Assembly: GCA_050290185.1 (NCBI GenBank)
Contig: JBNKHE010000007.1
Span: forward strand, 1-64,000
Length of the DNA: 64,000 nt
Reading direction: 5' to 3'
DNA from: Pontiella sp.
GTDB taxonomy: Bacteria > Verrucomicrobiota > Kiritimatiellia > Kiritimatiellales > Pontiellaceae
Below, piece after piece: positions 48,905 through 58,265 of the stretch (the stretch's first letter is position 1; each line of letters begins with the position of its first letter). The translations under genes and the position numbers were made by a program. The notes under the pieces are model-generated. The model was not told where the DNA came from, ran no database searches, and saw only the letters and a program-made list of their open reading frames with translations.

Positions 48905-49103
48905 TTCAAAGGACCTGAAAAGGTTAACAAGTGGGCGCCGAACGGACTTGTTATCCGCCTGACATTCCATGCGAATGCATTTTTCATTGCATTCGGTATA
49001 CGAGGTGATTCGCCGCGAGCGGATCCACCATGCCTGCCGGCTTCTCAAGGAAACCGGCACCACGCCTTCCGACTACCGCCGGGAATTCCGTTTTTTGAGC
49101 TGA
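48905..49103 (+). pseudogene. Chimeric relic: degenerate copy of the 46756 gene's N-terminus joined to an internally deleted AraC-family HTH C-terminus
   Basis: 48905-48991 encodes FKGPEKVNKWAPNGLVIRLTFHANAFFIA (compare FNRPKKANKGAPSGLVISLIFHAAAFFIA). 48993-49103, in another frame, encodes SVYEVIRRERIHHACRLLKETGTTPSDYRREFRFLS*. Confidence 0.7.
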
Positions 49104-49208
49104 GTATAAAATTCGCAAGTCAGCCGATATAATGCGTTAAATACGTATTCATATTTCCCGTATGTTCGTTAAGATGCATGCCGTTTTTTTAACAGAAGGA
49201 GAGCCATA

Positions 49209-50306
49209 GTGAATTTGAAAATAAAACCTGCTGAAGAGTGCCGTTACGATATTCTATCCTTGGGTGAAGTGATGCTTCGCCTTGATCCCGGTGAAGGGCG
49301 TATCCGTACGGCCCGCCAATTCCGCGCATGGGAAGGTGGAGGAGAATACAATGTGGCCCGTGGATTGCGTCGCTGCTTCGACCAGCGCGCGGCGGTCGTG
49401 ACGGCGTTTGCCAAGAACGAAGTCGGCCTTCTGATGGAGGACTTCATTCTGCAGGGCGGGGTGGATACGTCGCTCATCCAGTGGGCGGATTATGACGGCA
49501 TCGGGCGCACGGTCCGCAACGGCATGAACTTTACCGAACGCGGCTTCGGTATTCGTGGGGCCGTGGGTTGCTCGGATCGCGGTAACACGGCGGCCTCGCA
49601 GTTGAAGGCGGGCGATATCGATTGGGAATATATCTTCGGCACGCTCGGTGTGCGTTGGTTTCATACGGGCGGGATCTTTGCAGCGCTGTCCGAAACCACC
49701 GGCGAAGTGGTGATTGAAGCCGCCAAGACCGCTAAGAAGTACGGCACGATTGTTTCGTACGACCTGAATTACCGTCCTTCGCTCTGGAAGGGTTTCGGTG
49801 GTCTGGAAAAATGCCGGGAAATCAACCGCGAAATCGCTCAGTATGTCGATGTTATGATCGGCAATGAAGAGGACTTCACCGCCTGCCTCGGTTTCGAAGT
49901 GGAAGGTGCCGATGACAATTTGACCGACCTGGAAGTCGATGCCTTCAAAAAAATGATCGCTTCGGCCATCAAGGAGTTTCCAAACTTCAAAGCGACGGCA
50001 ACCACCATGCGCGGTGTCAAGACGGCGACAGTCAACGACTGGGGTGCGATGTGCTGGGCGGACGGCGAATTCTATACATCGACGCATCGACCGGAACTGG
50101 AAATCATGGATCGCGTTGGTGGGGGGGACAGTTTTGCCTCCGGCTTTATTTACGGCATGATGATCCTGCAGGATCCGGCGAAAGCCATTGAATACGGCGC
50201 AGCGCACGGTGCCCTGGCCATGACCACTCCCGGCGACACCACTATGGCATCGCTTGCTGAAGTTGAAAAAATCGTCGCCGGTGCCGGCGCACGGGTAGAC
50301 CGCTAA
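49209..50306 (+). CDS. kdgK: 2-keto-3-deoxygluconate kinase (PfkB family)
   Basis: LGEVMLRL, GGGEYNVA, SYDLNYRPSLW, GNEEDF, DRVGGGDSF; adjacent to eda. Confidence 0.9.
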   Translation: MNLKIKPAEECRYDILSLGEVMLRLDPGEGRIRTARQFRAWEGGGEYNVARGLRRCFDQRAAVVTAFAKNEVGLLMEDFILQGGVDTSLIQWADYDGIGRTVRNGMNFTERGFGIRGAVGCSDRGNTAASQLKAGDIDWEYIFGTLGVRWFHTGGIFAALSETTGEVVIEAAKTAKKYGTIVSYDLNYRPSLWKGFGGLEKCREINREIAQYVDVMIGNEEDFTACLGFEVEGADDNLTDLEVDAFKKMIASAIKEFPNFKATATTMRGVKTATVNDWGAMCWADGEFYTSTHRPELEIMDRVGGGDSFASGFIYGMMILQDPAKAIEYGAAHGALAMTTPGDTTMASLAEVEKIVAGAGARVDR

Positions 50307-50317
50307 GGAGAAAAACC

Positions 50318-50953
50318 ATGTTGAACGAACTGTTAAAACGGCCGGTGATTCCGGTGATTGTAATTGACGATGCCAACGATGCTGAACCGCTGGCTGAAGC
50401 CTTGCTAAAGGGCGGAATGGATGTGATTGAGGTGACGTGCCGTACGGCGGCAGCTCCCGAAGCGCTGGCGCGTATCAAGAAGTCGTTTCCGGAGATGCTG
50501 ATTGGTGCCGGTACGGTCGTAACGCCCGAGCAGGCGCAGATGTGCATCGATACCGGAGTCAGCTTTGGTCTTGCGCCGGGATTGAATCCCGACACGGTCG
50601 CGTTCTTCCAGGAAAGCGACACACTTTTCATTCCCGGTGTAATGACGCCGTCGGAGATCGAAGCTGGACTGGGGCTGGGTTGCAAGCTGCTGAAATTTTT
50701 CCCGGCCGGTGCCGCGGGTGGGGTAAACATGCTCAAGAATCTGGGAGCTCCTTATGGACCGCTGGGAGTGCAATTCTGCCCGACCGGCGGGGTCAGCCTC
50801 GATAACATGCTCGACTATCTGTCGATGCCGATCGTCAGTGCGATCGGTGGATCGTGGCTGGCCACGAAACAGCAGATTGCCGACAAGCAGTGGGATGTGA
50901 TTACTCAGCAGGTCAAGGATGCCTTGGCCAGAGCTGCCGATTGCCAGAAGTAG
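50318..50953 (+). CDS. eda: KDPG/KHG aldolase
   Basis: VIPVI, IEVTCRT, GAGTV, PGVMTPSE, LKFFPA, PTGGV, GGSW. Confidence 0.95.
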   Translation: MLNELLKRPVIPVIVIDDANDAEPLAEALLKGGMDVIEVTCRTAAAPEALARIKKSFPEMLIGAGTVVTPEQAQMCIDTGVSFGLAPGLNPDTVAFFQESDTLFIPGVMTPSEIEAGLGLGCKLLKFFPAGAAGGVNMLKNLGAPYGPLGVQFCPTGGVSLDNMLDYLSMPIVSAIGGSWLATKQQIADKQWDVITQQVKDALARAADCQK

Positions 50954-50965
50954 ATTGCGTCGGGC

Positions 50966-51631
50966 TCATTCGAAGTTCGCCTTAAACGAGTCGAATGCAT
51001 TCTTTAGATCGCCAAGTTCCTTTTGGAGCCTGGCGATTTCTATTTCCATGGCTTCGATACGGTCATCGGAGGAACCGGGGTGGGATTCGACCGCGGGGGC
51101 CGTTGCTGGTTCCTCAATATGCCCGGACGGGTCTCCGCCGAAGAGGTGGGCCCAGCGGCGTTCGCGCTTGCCGGGCTCGCGTGGCAGGTGGACGACAAAT
51201 GGGCCTTCCGAGTGATTAGCCAGTCCCTGAAGAATCTCTTCCACTTCGCTGGCGTCGGCGAGTGGGTGTAGGCGTGCGGCATGGGCGCGGAGATCGCCGG
51301 GAGTCTGAGGGCCACGGATAAACAGTTCGCAGAGAATAGCCATCTTGGCGGGTGAAAAATTCCAGTGCGCGGCCATGTTGTGCCGGTACTTTAGGGACCG
51401 GCTTCCGGTCGAACTGACTTCCATGGCCAGTTTGTGGTCCATCCGCAGCTTGTCCAGTACGTGTTCGACGGTCAGTTCATCAAGTGCCATGACGGGATGG
51501 CGGTTTGATTTTTGGTTGCAGGCGTTTGTCAGGGCATTAAGCGTGAGCGGATAGTATTCCGGGGTTGCGATTTCCTTTTCGATTAGACAACCGAGTACGC
51601 GCTCTTCAATGGGATTCAGTTCCAGATCCAT
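50966..51631 (-). CDS. yceH: YceH family (DUF480) protein
   Basis: RVLGCLIEKE..TPEYYPLTLNAL..ACNQKSNR.PVM, RGPQTPG, PGKRERRWAHL. Confidence 0.92.
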   Translation of the reverse strand: MDLELNPIEERVLGCLIEKEIATPEYYPLTLNALTNACNQKSNRHPVMALDELTVEHVLDKLRMDHKLAMEVSSTGSRSLKYRHNMAAHWNFSPAKMAILCELFIRGPQTPGDLRAHAARLHPLADASEVEEILQGLANHSEGPFVVHLPREPGKRERRWAHLFGGDPSGHIEEPATAPAVESHPGSSDDRIEAMEIEIARLQKELGDLKNAFDSFKANFE

Positions 51632-51798
51632 AGAATCTCCTCCAAGTATCATATCATATGATAGTCGCATGGATTGCTCTGAGGAACGTTTTTCTCGTTA
51701 GAGACCATCGATGGAAACCTTTTTTGCAGTCTTGTTGCGATATATCAATTCGTGTGGGCGTTGGGGAAAATAAATTCCATGCCCAAGGAAATATCCCT

Positions 51799-52848
51799 CT
51801 ATTGAGCCATCTGCACGTTGACCTTGAAAAAGCCTTGGTTTTCTGCCGAGACGGCCGTCGATGTGTAGCTGTTCTGAGGGAAGGTAATACCCGTTTCCAG
51901 AGACGTGAACGCGCTACCTAGTTTGTCGTTCCATGTTATCGAGTATGTTCTTCCTTCCACGGCATTCCAGTTGATTACGACTTCGGAAGAAGGTTGGGTA
52001 ACCGAATTCGTGACTGAAATCTGGAAAAAGGACGCACTGTTCGTTGGGATCGTGCCGGCAATATACTCGTCCAGATTGTTGTAGCCATCGGAGTCGGGGT
52101 CGTTGGTGGCGACACAACTGGCCGTGCTGGAAAAATACTGAGATTCCCATGAGTCGGGTATATTGTCTGCGTCGAAATCCACGACGACAGAACTCAAGTC
52201 CGAGTAGCTGAAGTTGGAAGGTGTTCCATTTCCATCCGACAAGCCGACAATCACGCTACTGCCGTAGTTTGCAGAGACGTTTATCCATGACATACGGATG
52301 GTTCCATCAAAAAATATTTCGCACTGGGCCGTGCATAGTTGATTTGTATCGTTGCTGAAATGAGGAACATCCAAGTATGTGATCACAAACCGGTCATCAA
52401 GTTCTTCAGATTTAACCTGGCCGCTGTCCCTGGTGTCCAGATCGGTGTAAAACAAGGAAATCCGTGCCTGGGAAAAATGGTTGCTGACTGATGCCGTCCA
52501 CGTTGTGTCTATGGATTCGAATGTTAGGTAGCCGTTGCTCCCGATATATACGGTGTCATAGGTTGTGCCATATAATGAAACACTGGTGTTAATATTGACC
52601 GCAATTGAACCGTCGTCCGTTCCTGCCCATAAGAGCCCTGTGGCGTCCGTCGTGTCAACCGGAAGGTTGGTGATTCCCACTCCGCTTTCCGAGTAGAAAT
52701 TCTCCGAACCATCTGGGGTGAATGTTAGCGAGACGCCATTCAAATCAAAGTTTCCACTAAAATACTGCGTATAGTAATTGGCAGAAATAGCGGTTGTGCA
52801 AAACAAGAAAATCTGCACCAGAACAACGATTAAACTTTTACAATTCAT
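51799..52848 (-). CDS. Secreted protein with nidogen-like beta domain, Ca-binding DxDxDG-type repeat and C-terminal beta domain
   Basis: Signal peptide; DDG...YIGSNGYLTF...FYTDLD...FFDGTI; DFDADNIPDSWE...DPDSDGYNNLDEYIAGT.P; ends GFFKVNV. Confidence 0.8.
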   Translation of the reverse strand: MNCKSLIVVLVQIFLFCTTAISANYYTQYFSGNFDLNGVSLTFTPDGSENFYSESGVGITNLPVDTTDATGLLWAGTDDGSIAVNINTSVSLYGTTYDTVYIGSNGYLTFESIDTTWTASVSNHFSQARISLFYTDLDTRDSGQVKSEELDDRFVITYLDVPHFSNDTNQLCTAQCEIFFDGTIRMSWINVSANYGSSVIVGLSDGNGTPSNFSYSDLSSVVVDFDADNIPDSWESQYFSSTASCVATNDPDSDGYNNLDEYIAGTIPTNSASFFQISVTNSVTQPSSEVVINWNAVEGRTYSITWNDKLGSAFTSLETGITFPQNSYTSTAVSAENQGFFKVNVQMAQ

Positions 52849-53510
52849 GTTTCCTGCTCCTAAGGTCGAGTATTCGATGGCTGTGTAATCGTATAGAATA
52901 TTAACACAATCATCGTTATGTTGCATGAAATGACTGGCTTTATACAAGTTTTGTTTCCGATGGTTGTGTTTCATTCGAGATGTTTTAAGTGTCGTTGTGA
53001 AGGATCAGCATCCTCTCATATTTTTGATGTATCCCCACGTAGCGCGTCGACTCGAAGGGTCGCATACTTCGGTTTAGCGGAGAACGTGTGAGCCGTTGGG
53101 CAGTTCGCAATACTTAGCCATCACATGGATTGAACGGAATCTTGAGGTGTTGGCGGCCGATCCAAACAGTGTTTTATTCCTATTGTACTTGCTCCATACA
53201 TACGGCCACCAGATTGCATTTGAACGAGAGATGGTTGATAGGGATGTCCGTATTATTTGTCATGCGAACTCATTGTGCATTGGATGATGCCAGGGTTTGA
53301 TATTGTTGGGAAAAAGTGCGAAAAAGCAGGTTCATTGTACAAAAGGGTGAGTGGTTGGTTGCATCTCAGCTTTTTTCTTTGGCTTGTTAGCCCGAATCTA
53401 CCGCTTGATCCATATGGTCATTCACAAGGTGGATATTTCGGTTGAACCGAGGAGAGAAAAGCACTTGTATCCACTGCATTCATAAATTTTACGAAAAGGA
53501 TTGGAACCCG

Positions 53511-53849
53511 ATGGATTTAATACGTGTAGCAGACGCTCTGGATGCTGAGCTGGTCTGGGGCCCCGCGGGGTGGGAGCAGATCAATATAGAAACGGTTTTT
53601 GCTTCGGACCTGATGAGCGATGTGCTGATGAGCGACCGCGATGAACTGCTGTTGATTACTTCGCTTTCCACCGAACAGTCGATTCGGTCGGCCAGCATTG
53701 TCGGTTCTGAAGCCGTGATGATTGCCAACGGAAAGACGGTGACAGCCGGTATGGTGGAGCTGGCACAGGATCAGGACATCGCTCTTTTTTGCACCCGTTT
53801 TCCAAAATACGAGTCCTGCGTAAAGCTGGGCCGGGTGCTGGGAACCTGA
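53511..53849 (+). CDS. DRTGG-domain protein
   Basis: 112 aa; FASDLMSDVL, LLITSL, IANGK pattern typical of stand-alone DRTGG/HPr-kinase-N-like proteins. Confidence 0.85.
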   Translation: MDLIRVADALDAELVWGPAGWEQINIETVFASDLMSDVLMSDRDELLLITSLSTEQSIRSASIVGSEAVMIANGKTVTAGMVELAQDQDIALFCTRFPKYESCVKLGRVLGT

Positions 53850-54781
53850 TGGATGAGGCGCGCACAGAGCCGCTCCAGTCTTCGTTGCGGGTGCAGGAGT
53901 TGATCTATGGACTCCGGATCAGCGAAGTGATGACCAGTAAGGTTTTCGCTGTATCCCGTAACTGCACGATGCAGGACGTACGCATCATCATGAAGGAAAA
54001 TTCGATCAGCGGTGTGCCGGTGGTGGATAGCAAGCGTGTCGTTGGTATTGTTACCATGAACGATCTTATGAATGCTCTGGAACAGGGGGCCATGGACGAT
54101 TGTGTGACGCAGTGGATGGCGGGCGATGTGCAAACTCTGGCAGAGGATATGCCGCTCTCATTTGCCATCTCGGCATTTGGGAAATTCCCATTTCGTCAGT
54201 TTCCGATCGTGAACAAGAAAAACGAACTCGTGGGGATCATCACGTTCCGGAACATCAACCTGGCATTGATCCGGGAGCTTTCGCGCCAACTGCGCGAAAT
54301 GGAAAACAAGCATGAAAATCCCGCGGATCCGGAATCGTTGGCTCTGGTGAAGGTTTATCAGTTGCATCGCTATGATTTTGAAAACGGCGGAAAGGCTTCG
54401 AGCGAAATCAAACGCTTCCTGAAGGAGCGCGGCATATCGTCCAAGCTGATCCGGCGGGTTGCTGTGGCCAGCTATGAGCTGGAAATCAATCTGGTTGCTC
54501 ATTCGATCGGAGGGATGCTTGCTTTCGATATCAATGAACGCCGGGTGAAGATTTCGTCGCATGACCGGGGGCCGGGCATTGCGGACATTGACCAGGCCAT
54601 GACGGAAGGCTATTCAACGGCGAATGAATGGATCCGTTCGCAGGGTTTCGGGGCAGGGATGGGATTGCCGAATGTTAATCGGGTTTCCGACGAGTTTGCC
54701 ATCAAGTCCTCCGTTGGCATGGGAACCATGGTGCAGTCGATTATCTATTTGAACCGGGAGGATGAAGATGAAAATCAGTGA
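53849..54781 (+). CDS. CBS-pair plus RsbT/RsbW-like Ser/Thr kinase (HATPase_c)
   Basis: VMT...ISGVPVVD..VVGIVT and FRQFPIV...LVGIIT (CBS pair); YELEIN, DRGPGI.D...AMTEGYST, GAGMGLPN, GT. Confidence 0.9.
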   Translation: MDEARTEPLQSSLRVQELIYGLRISEVMTSKVFAVSRNCTMQDVRIIMKENSISGVPVVDSKRVVGIVTMNDLMNALEQGAMDDCVTQWMAGDVQTLAEDMPLSFAISAFGKFPFRQFPIVNKKNELVGIITFRNINLALIRELSRQLREMENKHENPADPESLALVKVYQLHRYDFENGGKASSEIKRFLKERGISSKLIRRVAVASYELEINLVAHSIGGMLAFDINERRVKISSHDRGPGIADIDQAMTEGYSTANEWIRSQGFGAGMGLPNVNRVSDEFAIKSSVGMGTMVQSIIYLNREDEDENQ

Positions 54782-55112
54782 TCTTGGAAGGCTGGAAGGC
54801 CTTGTTTGTCTACAAAACGACTATGATGACGCGGAGCTTTCGGGAGGCTATACCTCCGACCTGCTAAGCGACGTGATGGCCCATGCCGAGGAAGGAGCCG
54901 TATTGATCACGATCCAGGCGCATAAGAATACTATTGCAGTGGCCACATTGGCCGGCGTGGGTGCGATAGTTTTCTGCAACAACCGGCCGGTATCCGACGA
55001 TGTGCTGGAATCGGCCCGTAAAGAGGGTATTGCGATTTTTCGTGCATCGGCCAACCAGTTCACGGTTTCTGCCGCAGTTGCCCAGCATCTCGGGAGTTGC
55101 CCCGCCTGCTAG
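54768..55112 (+). CDS. DRTGG-domain protein
   Basis: GGYTSDLLSDVM, LITIQAH.N.IAVA. Confidence 0.85.
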   Translation: MKISDLGRLEGLVCLQNDYDDAELSGGYTSDLLSDVMAHAEEGAVLITIQAHKNTIAVATLAGVGAIVFCNNRPVSDDVLESARKEGIAIFRASANQFTVSAAVAQHLGSCPAC

Positions 55113-55121
55113 GAGAAGTCG

Positions 55122-55826
55122 ATGCACTATCGAGCGGATTTTCATATACACAGTTGCTTGTCGCCCTGTGCTTCGTTGGAAATGTCGCCGGCAGCAATTG
55201 TTCGCCAGGCCAAGGATGTGGGCTTGAATGCGATAGCGCTTACCGACCATAACGCGGCATTCAACCTGCCTGCATTTGCGTCCGTGTGCCAACGCCTCGA
55301 TATGGATTGTCTTTATGGCCTGGAGGTCACGTCGGTCGAGGAGGCGCATATGCTTTGCCTCTTTGACGAGCTGGATGCGGCGCTTGAATTGGGCGAACGC
55401 GTGTATGCCAGCCTTCCCGATATCCGCAATCAACCAGACCGCTTTGGCGATCAACCGATTATTGACGAGCATGAGGAGATTCTTGGATTTGCCGAGAAAT
55501 TTCTGATCAGTGCCTCGTCATATGATATTGGTTCGCTGCTGGACCAGGTGCATTCGCTGGGCGGCTTGTTTGCGCCGGCGCACATCGACCGGGCGGTGTT
55601 TGGCGTTATTGCCCAGTTGGGTTTTCTTCCAGAAGAGGATTTCGATGCGGTTGAACTGACGCCGCGTGGCCGCCGCACACTGGCCCAGAACTACCCGATT
55701 CTTCGGAATTCGGACTCACATCAGCTTTCAACCATAGGATCGGCTTGCAGTGAATTTGATCTCGACCGGCTCAGCGTGCGCAACCTGCGTGAGTGCCTAC
55801 ATGCCCAGCGCGATCGTATGCGTTGA
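55122..55826 (+). CDS. PHP-domain phosphoesterase
   Basis: DFHIHSCLSPC, ALTDHN, GLEV..EEAH, AHIDR, NSDSH. Confidence 0.92.
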   Translation: MHYRADFHIHSCLSPCASLEMSPAAIVRQAKDVGLNAIALTDHNAAFNLPAFASVCQRLDMDCLYGLEVTSVEEAHMLCLFDELDAALELGERVYASLPDIRNQPDRFGDQPIIDEHEEILGFAEKFLISASSYDIGSLLDQVHSLGGLFAPAHIDRAVFGVIAQLGFLPEEDFDAVELTPRGRRTLAQNYPILRNSDSHQLSTIGSACSEFDLDRLSVRNLRECLHAQRDRMR

Positions 55827-58115
55827 GTTTTCTGTAGACACCGCTTTGGCCGCGGACTGCCGGATCCATTTTTTAAGCAGCAGCTGGGGGTAGGCGGGGG
55901 TGAAGTTGTAGGATAAAGCCAGATCGTCGAATGGTTGCTCCAAGTCTGGAAAACGATAGCTCAGCGCGACGCATAGGAGCGCCTTTTCCTGTGCGCTGAT
56001 GTCGAGATTCCGGATGGCTTCCAGGGTTGTTGTTTCTTCTCCGGAAAGCATCTTTACGATCCTGTTGTAACTGCTCCGGCCAGCGTCAACCTCTCGGATG
56101 GCTTTTTCCATGTTTCGCTCGGCTATCTGGAGCTTGTTTTGGCTCATTGCCGCACAATAAAGCACCAGGTGTTCCCAGTAGGGATGGTCCCTCTTTTGTG
56201 AAATTAGGGCGTCAGCGTCTGCAATCTGATCGCGGTGCAGGAATTCCTCCAGTGCGGTATGGGGGTTGCCCATGTCGGCCATGCATTCCAGATAGTCGCT
56301 AATATTGCCGACTGCGTAGAATCGAATGGCATTAAGATGAAGCAGATCTTCGGGCCACTTTTCACCGATTCTGGAGATTTCTGTGGCTGCTTCCTTGTGA
56401 TAGCCGGCGCACGTTAGGTAGAGCACGGTTCTGTCCGCGAGGCTTCGTGATTGTGACTGGATCCGGGTTTTCAGTGTGTCGGAGAGAAGCGAGTCATAGT
56501 CACGTAATGCAAGGAGTATGTTTTCGTTCAATTCCCTGAAGGCTCCGTTTTGAGGGGATCGTTGCATGGCTTGGGTAGAGAAGGGCAGGGCTTCTTTGAA
56601 CTGGCCGCGGATATAATGATCGTGTGCAATGGCATAGAGTCCGAGTCCGCCCATGGCGTTGTTTTTATCCGCGTGTTCATAAAGCCGGTATGCGCTTTGG
56701 CGGTCTCTCACAACCCGGGCTAGCAGGTAGTAATTCGTTGCGTCGTCCGGGTTGCTGTTGCAGCGCAATGTGTATTCATGTTCCAAGTCATGCCGAGGGT
56801 GGTTGATCGTCATATAGTTCTGGTAGTAGAGGTGCCAGGGAAGCAGAGACGGCGCGGCGTCCATTCCTTTGCGCAGGAATGCAAGAATCTCGGAATCGTC
56901 GGCCCCTTTGAAGGCGACCTGCAAAAGCTCTGCGGACTCTTTCAGTGCCGGATTCATGCGCAGTGCGTGGCGGGCATATGCGGTGGCAGAATCTTCCTGC
57001 TCAAGTCGGAGCATCAATTTCACCATGGCCATATGGGATTCGGGACGATAGAGGCTTATGGATGGTATCCTCTTCGCCTTGGGTGAAATTTTATGCAGAC
57101 CATGTTGAGGTTCTGATATCCCCGTGAAGAGGCGGATTCGGCCGGAGGATGAATAGGTGGTTTGGTTGTTTTTGTTATGGTCTGAAGATGCCGCTATCGC
57201 AAGCAAAGCCATGTTGTCTGGATTAATCACAAGCAGATGCTTTTCCAGCAGTTGCTTGATCAAGGGAATCGAGTACCGGAAGGATTGCGGAGGACTGTCT
57301 TCCATTTTTAATTCGTGTTCACCGAGCCTTAGTTTAATCTGTTTAGCATCACCGGGTTCGAGTTCATAGGTTTGATCGTCCAAGGCGAATCCATATTTTT
57401 GGAGTGAGCCGTTAACGATCCATGCCTTGTAGTTCTGCAATGATGAAACAGCCATGGTAATCATAACTATGGCAGCGGTTGCTGTGAGGGTAATAAGCGG
57501 CGTATAAGCGCGCAGGGGCGATTCTGGTTGAACCTTGAGTGCATCGAGATCTTTCGTTCCCTCCGAGGCTTCAAGCAAGCTTTGGCAATAGGCCAGTAGC
57601 TCTTCGGCTTGTTTACCTGCTCCAAGTACAATGGCCTTGCGGCAGTAATTCATGGCTTCCTGATATTCACTGAAGCGGCTCAGGCCCTGTGCGATGAGAT
57701 GCTGGATCTGCATGTTGGTTTCGAAGCGCAGACCGTACGATTTTCGTACATCATGGAACCACGATTCCATATCGTAGACCATTAATGTATGCAAGGCATG
57801 TGCACAGTTTTGAGGGTTGTCGGGCTCGGAGGCAAATCCCTCCATCATGAGATCGAGGTTGCGTTGCCGCTCCTTTGCGTACTTGCGGGCAGAGGTGACT
57901 CCCCGGTTGCCACATTGCGGGCATTCGTCAACCATGCGAAATTTGCCAATCGGCAGGAGTGGAATATTTACCAGTTTTGCGAAACGAGTGGTGGAATAGG
58001 TACTAAGCATCGTCAGCCGATGACATGCATCACATCGGCAAAAATGGGTCGTTATGTCGGATTTTCCAATATATTCCGTCTCAAACAGCATTGCATTCCC
58101 CGTAGTCACTACCAT
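55797..58115 (-). CDS. Large membrane protein with N-terminal zinc ribbon and TPR-like repeats
   Basis: CDAC...IPLLP...ECPQC; helical TPR-like segments; one TM helix (LITLTATAAIVMITMAV). Confidence 0.8.
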   Translation of the reverse strand: MVVTTGNAMLFETEYIGKSDITTHFCRCDACHRLTMLSTYSTTRFAKLVNIPLLPIGKFRMVDECPQCGNRGVTSARKYAKERQRNLDLMMEGFASEPDNPQNCAHALHTLMVYDMESWFHDVRKSYGLRFETNMQIQHLIAQGLSRFSEYQEAMNYCRKAIVLGAGKQAEELLAYCQSLLEASEGTKDLDALKVQPESPLRAYTPLITLTATAAIVMITMAVSSLQNYKAWIVNGSLQKYGFALDDQTYELEPGDAKQIKLRLGEHELKMEDSPPQSFRYSIPLIKQLLEKHLLVINPDNMALLAIAASSDHNKNNQTTYSSSGRIRLFTGISEPQHGLHKISPKAKRIPSISLYRPESHMAMVKLMLRLEQEDSATAYARHALRMNPALKESAELLQVAFKGADDSEILAFLRKGMDAAPSLLPWHLYYQNYMTINHPRHDLEHEYTLRCNSNPDDATNYYLLARVVRDRQSAYRLYEHADKNNAMGGLGLYAIAHDHYIRGQFKEALPFSTQAMQRSPQNGAFRELNENILLALRDYDSLLSDTLKTRIQSQSRSLADRTVLYLTCAGYHKEAATEISRIGEKWPEDLLHLNAIRFYAVGNISDYLECMADMGNPHTALEEFLHRDQIADADALISQKRDHPYWEHLVLYCAAMSQNKLQIAERNMEKAIREVDAGRSSYNRIVKMLSGEETTTLEAIRNLDISAQEKALLCVALSYRFPDLEQPFDDLALSYNFTPAYPQLLLKKWIRQSAAKAVSTENSTHTIALGM

Positions 58116-58265
58116 TTGGTGAAACTTACAAAAAATAATGAGCCAAACTAGAGTAAGCAGATAGTGTGCAAACTATCTTGTATATGTACTAAAAAATGCA
58201 GCTTATATCCCGTTTAGATGGCTCGGGTGCTGTGGCTACGGACTGATTGTGGAGTTGAGTCGTTG

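Noticed and set aside
52849..53510. 660-nt gap with short ORFs upstream of the DRTGG module, examined for an [FeFe]-hydrogenase remnant or ncRNA
   Set aside because: I could not recognise protein motifs or a structured RNA by eye; a blastx/Rfam search is needed.
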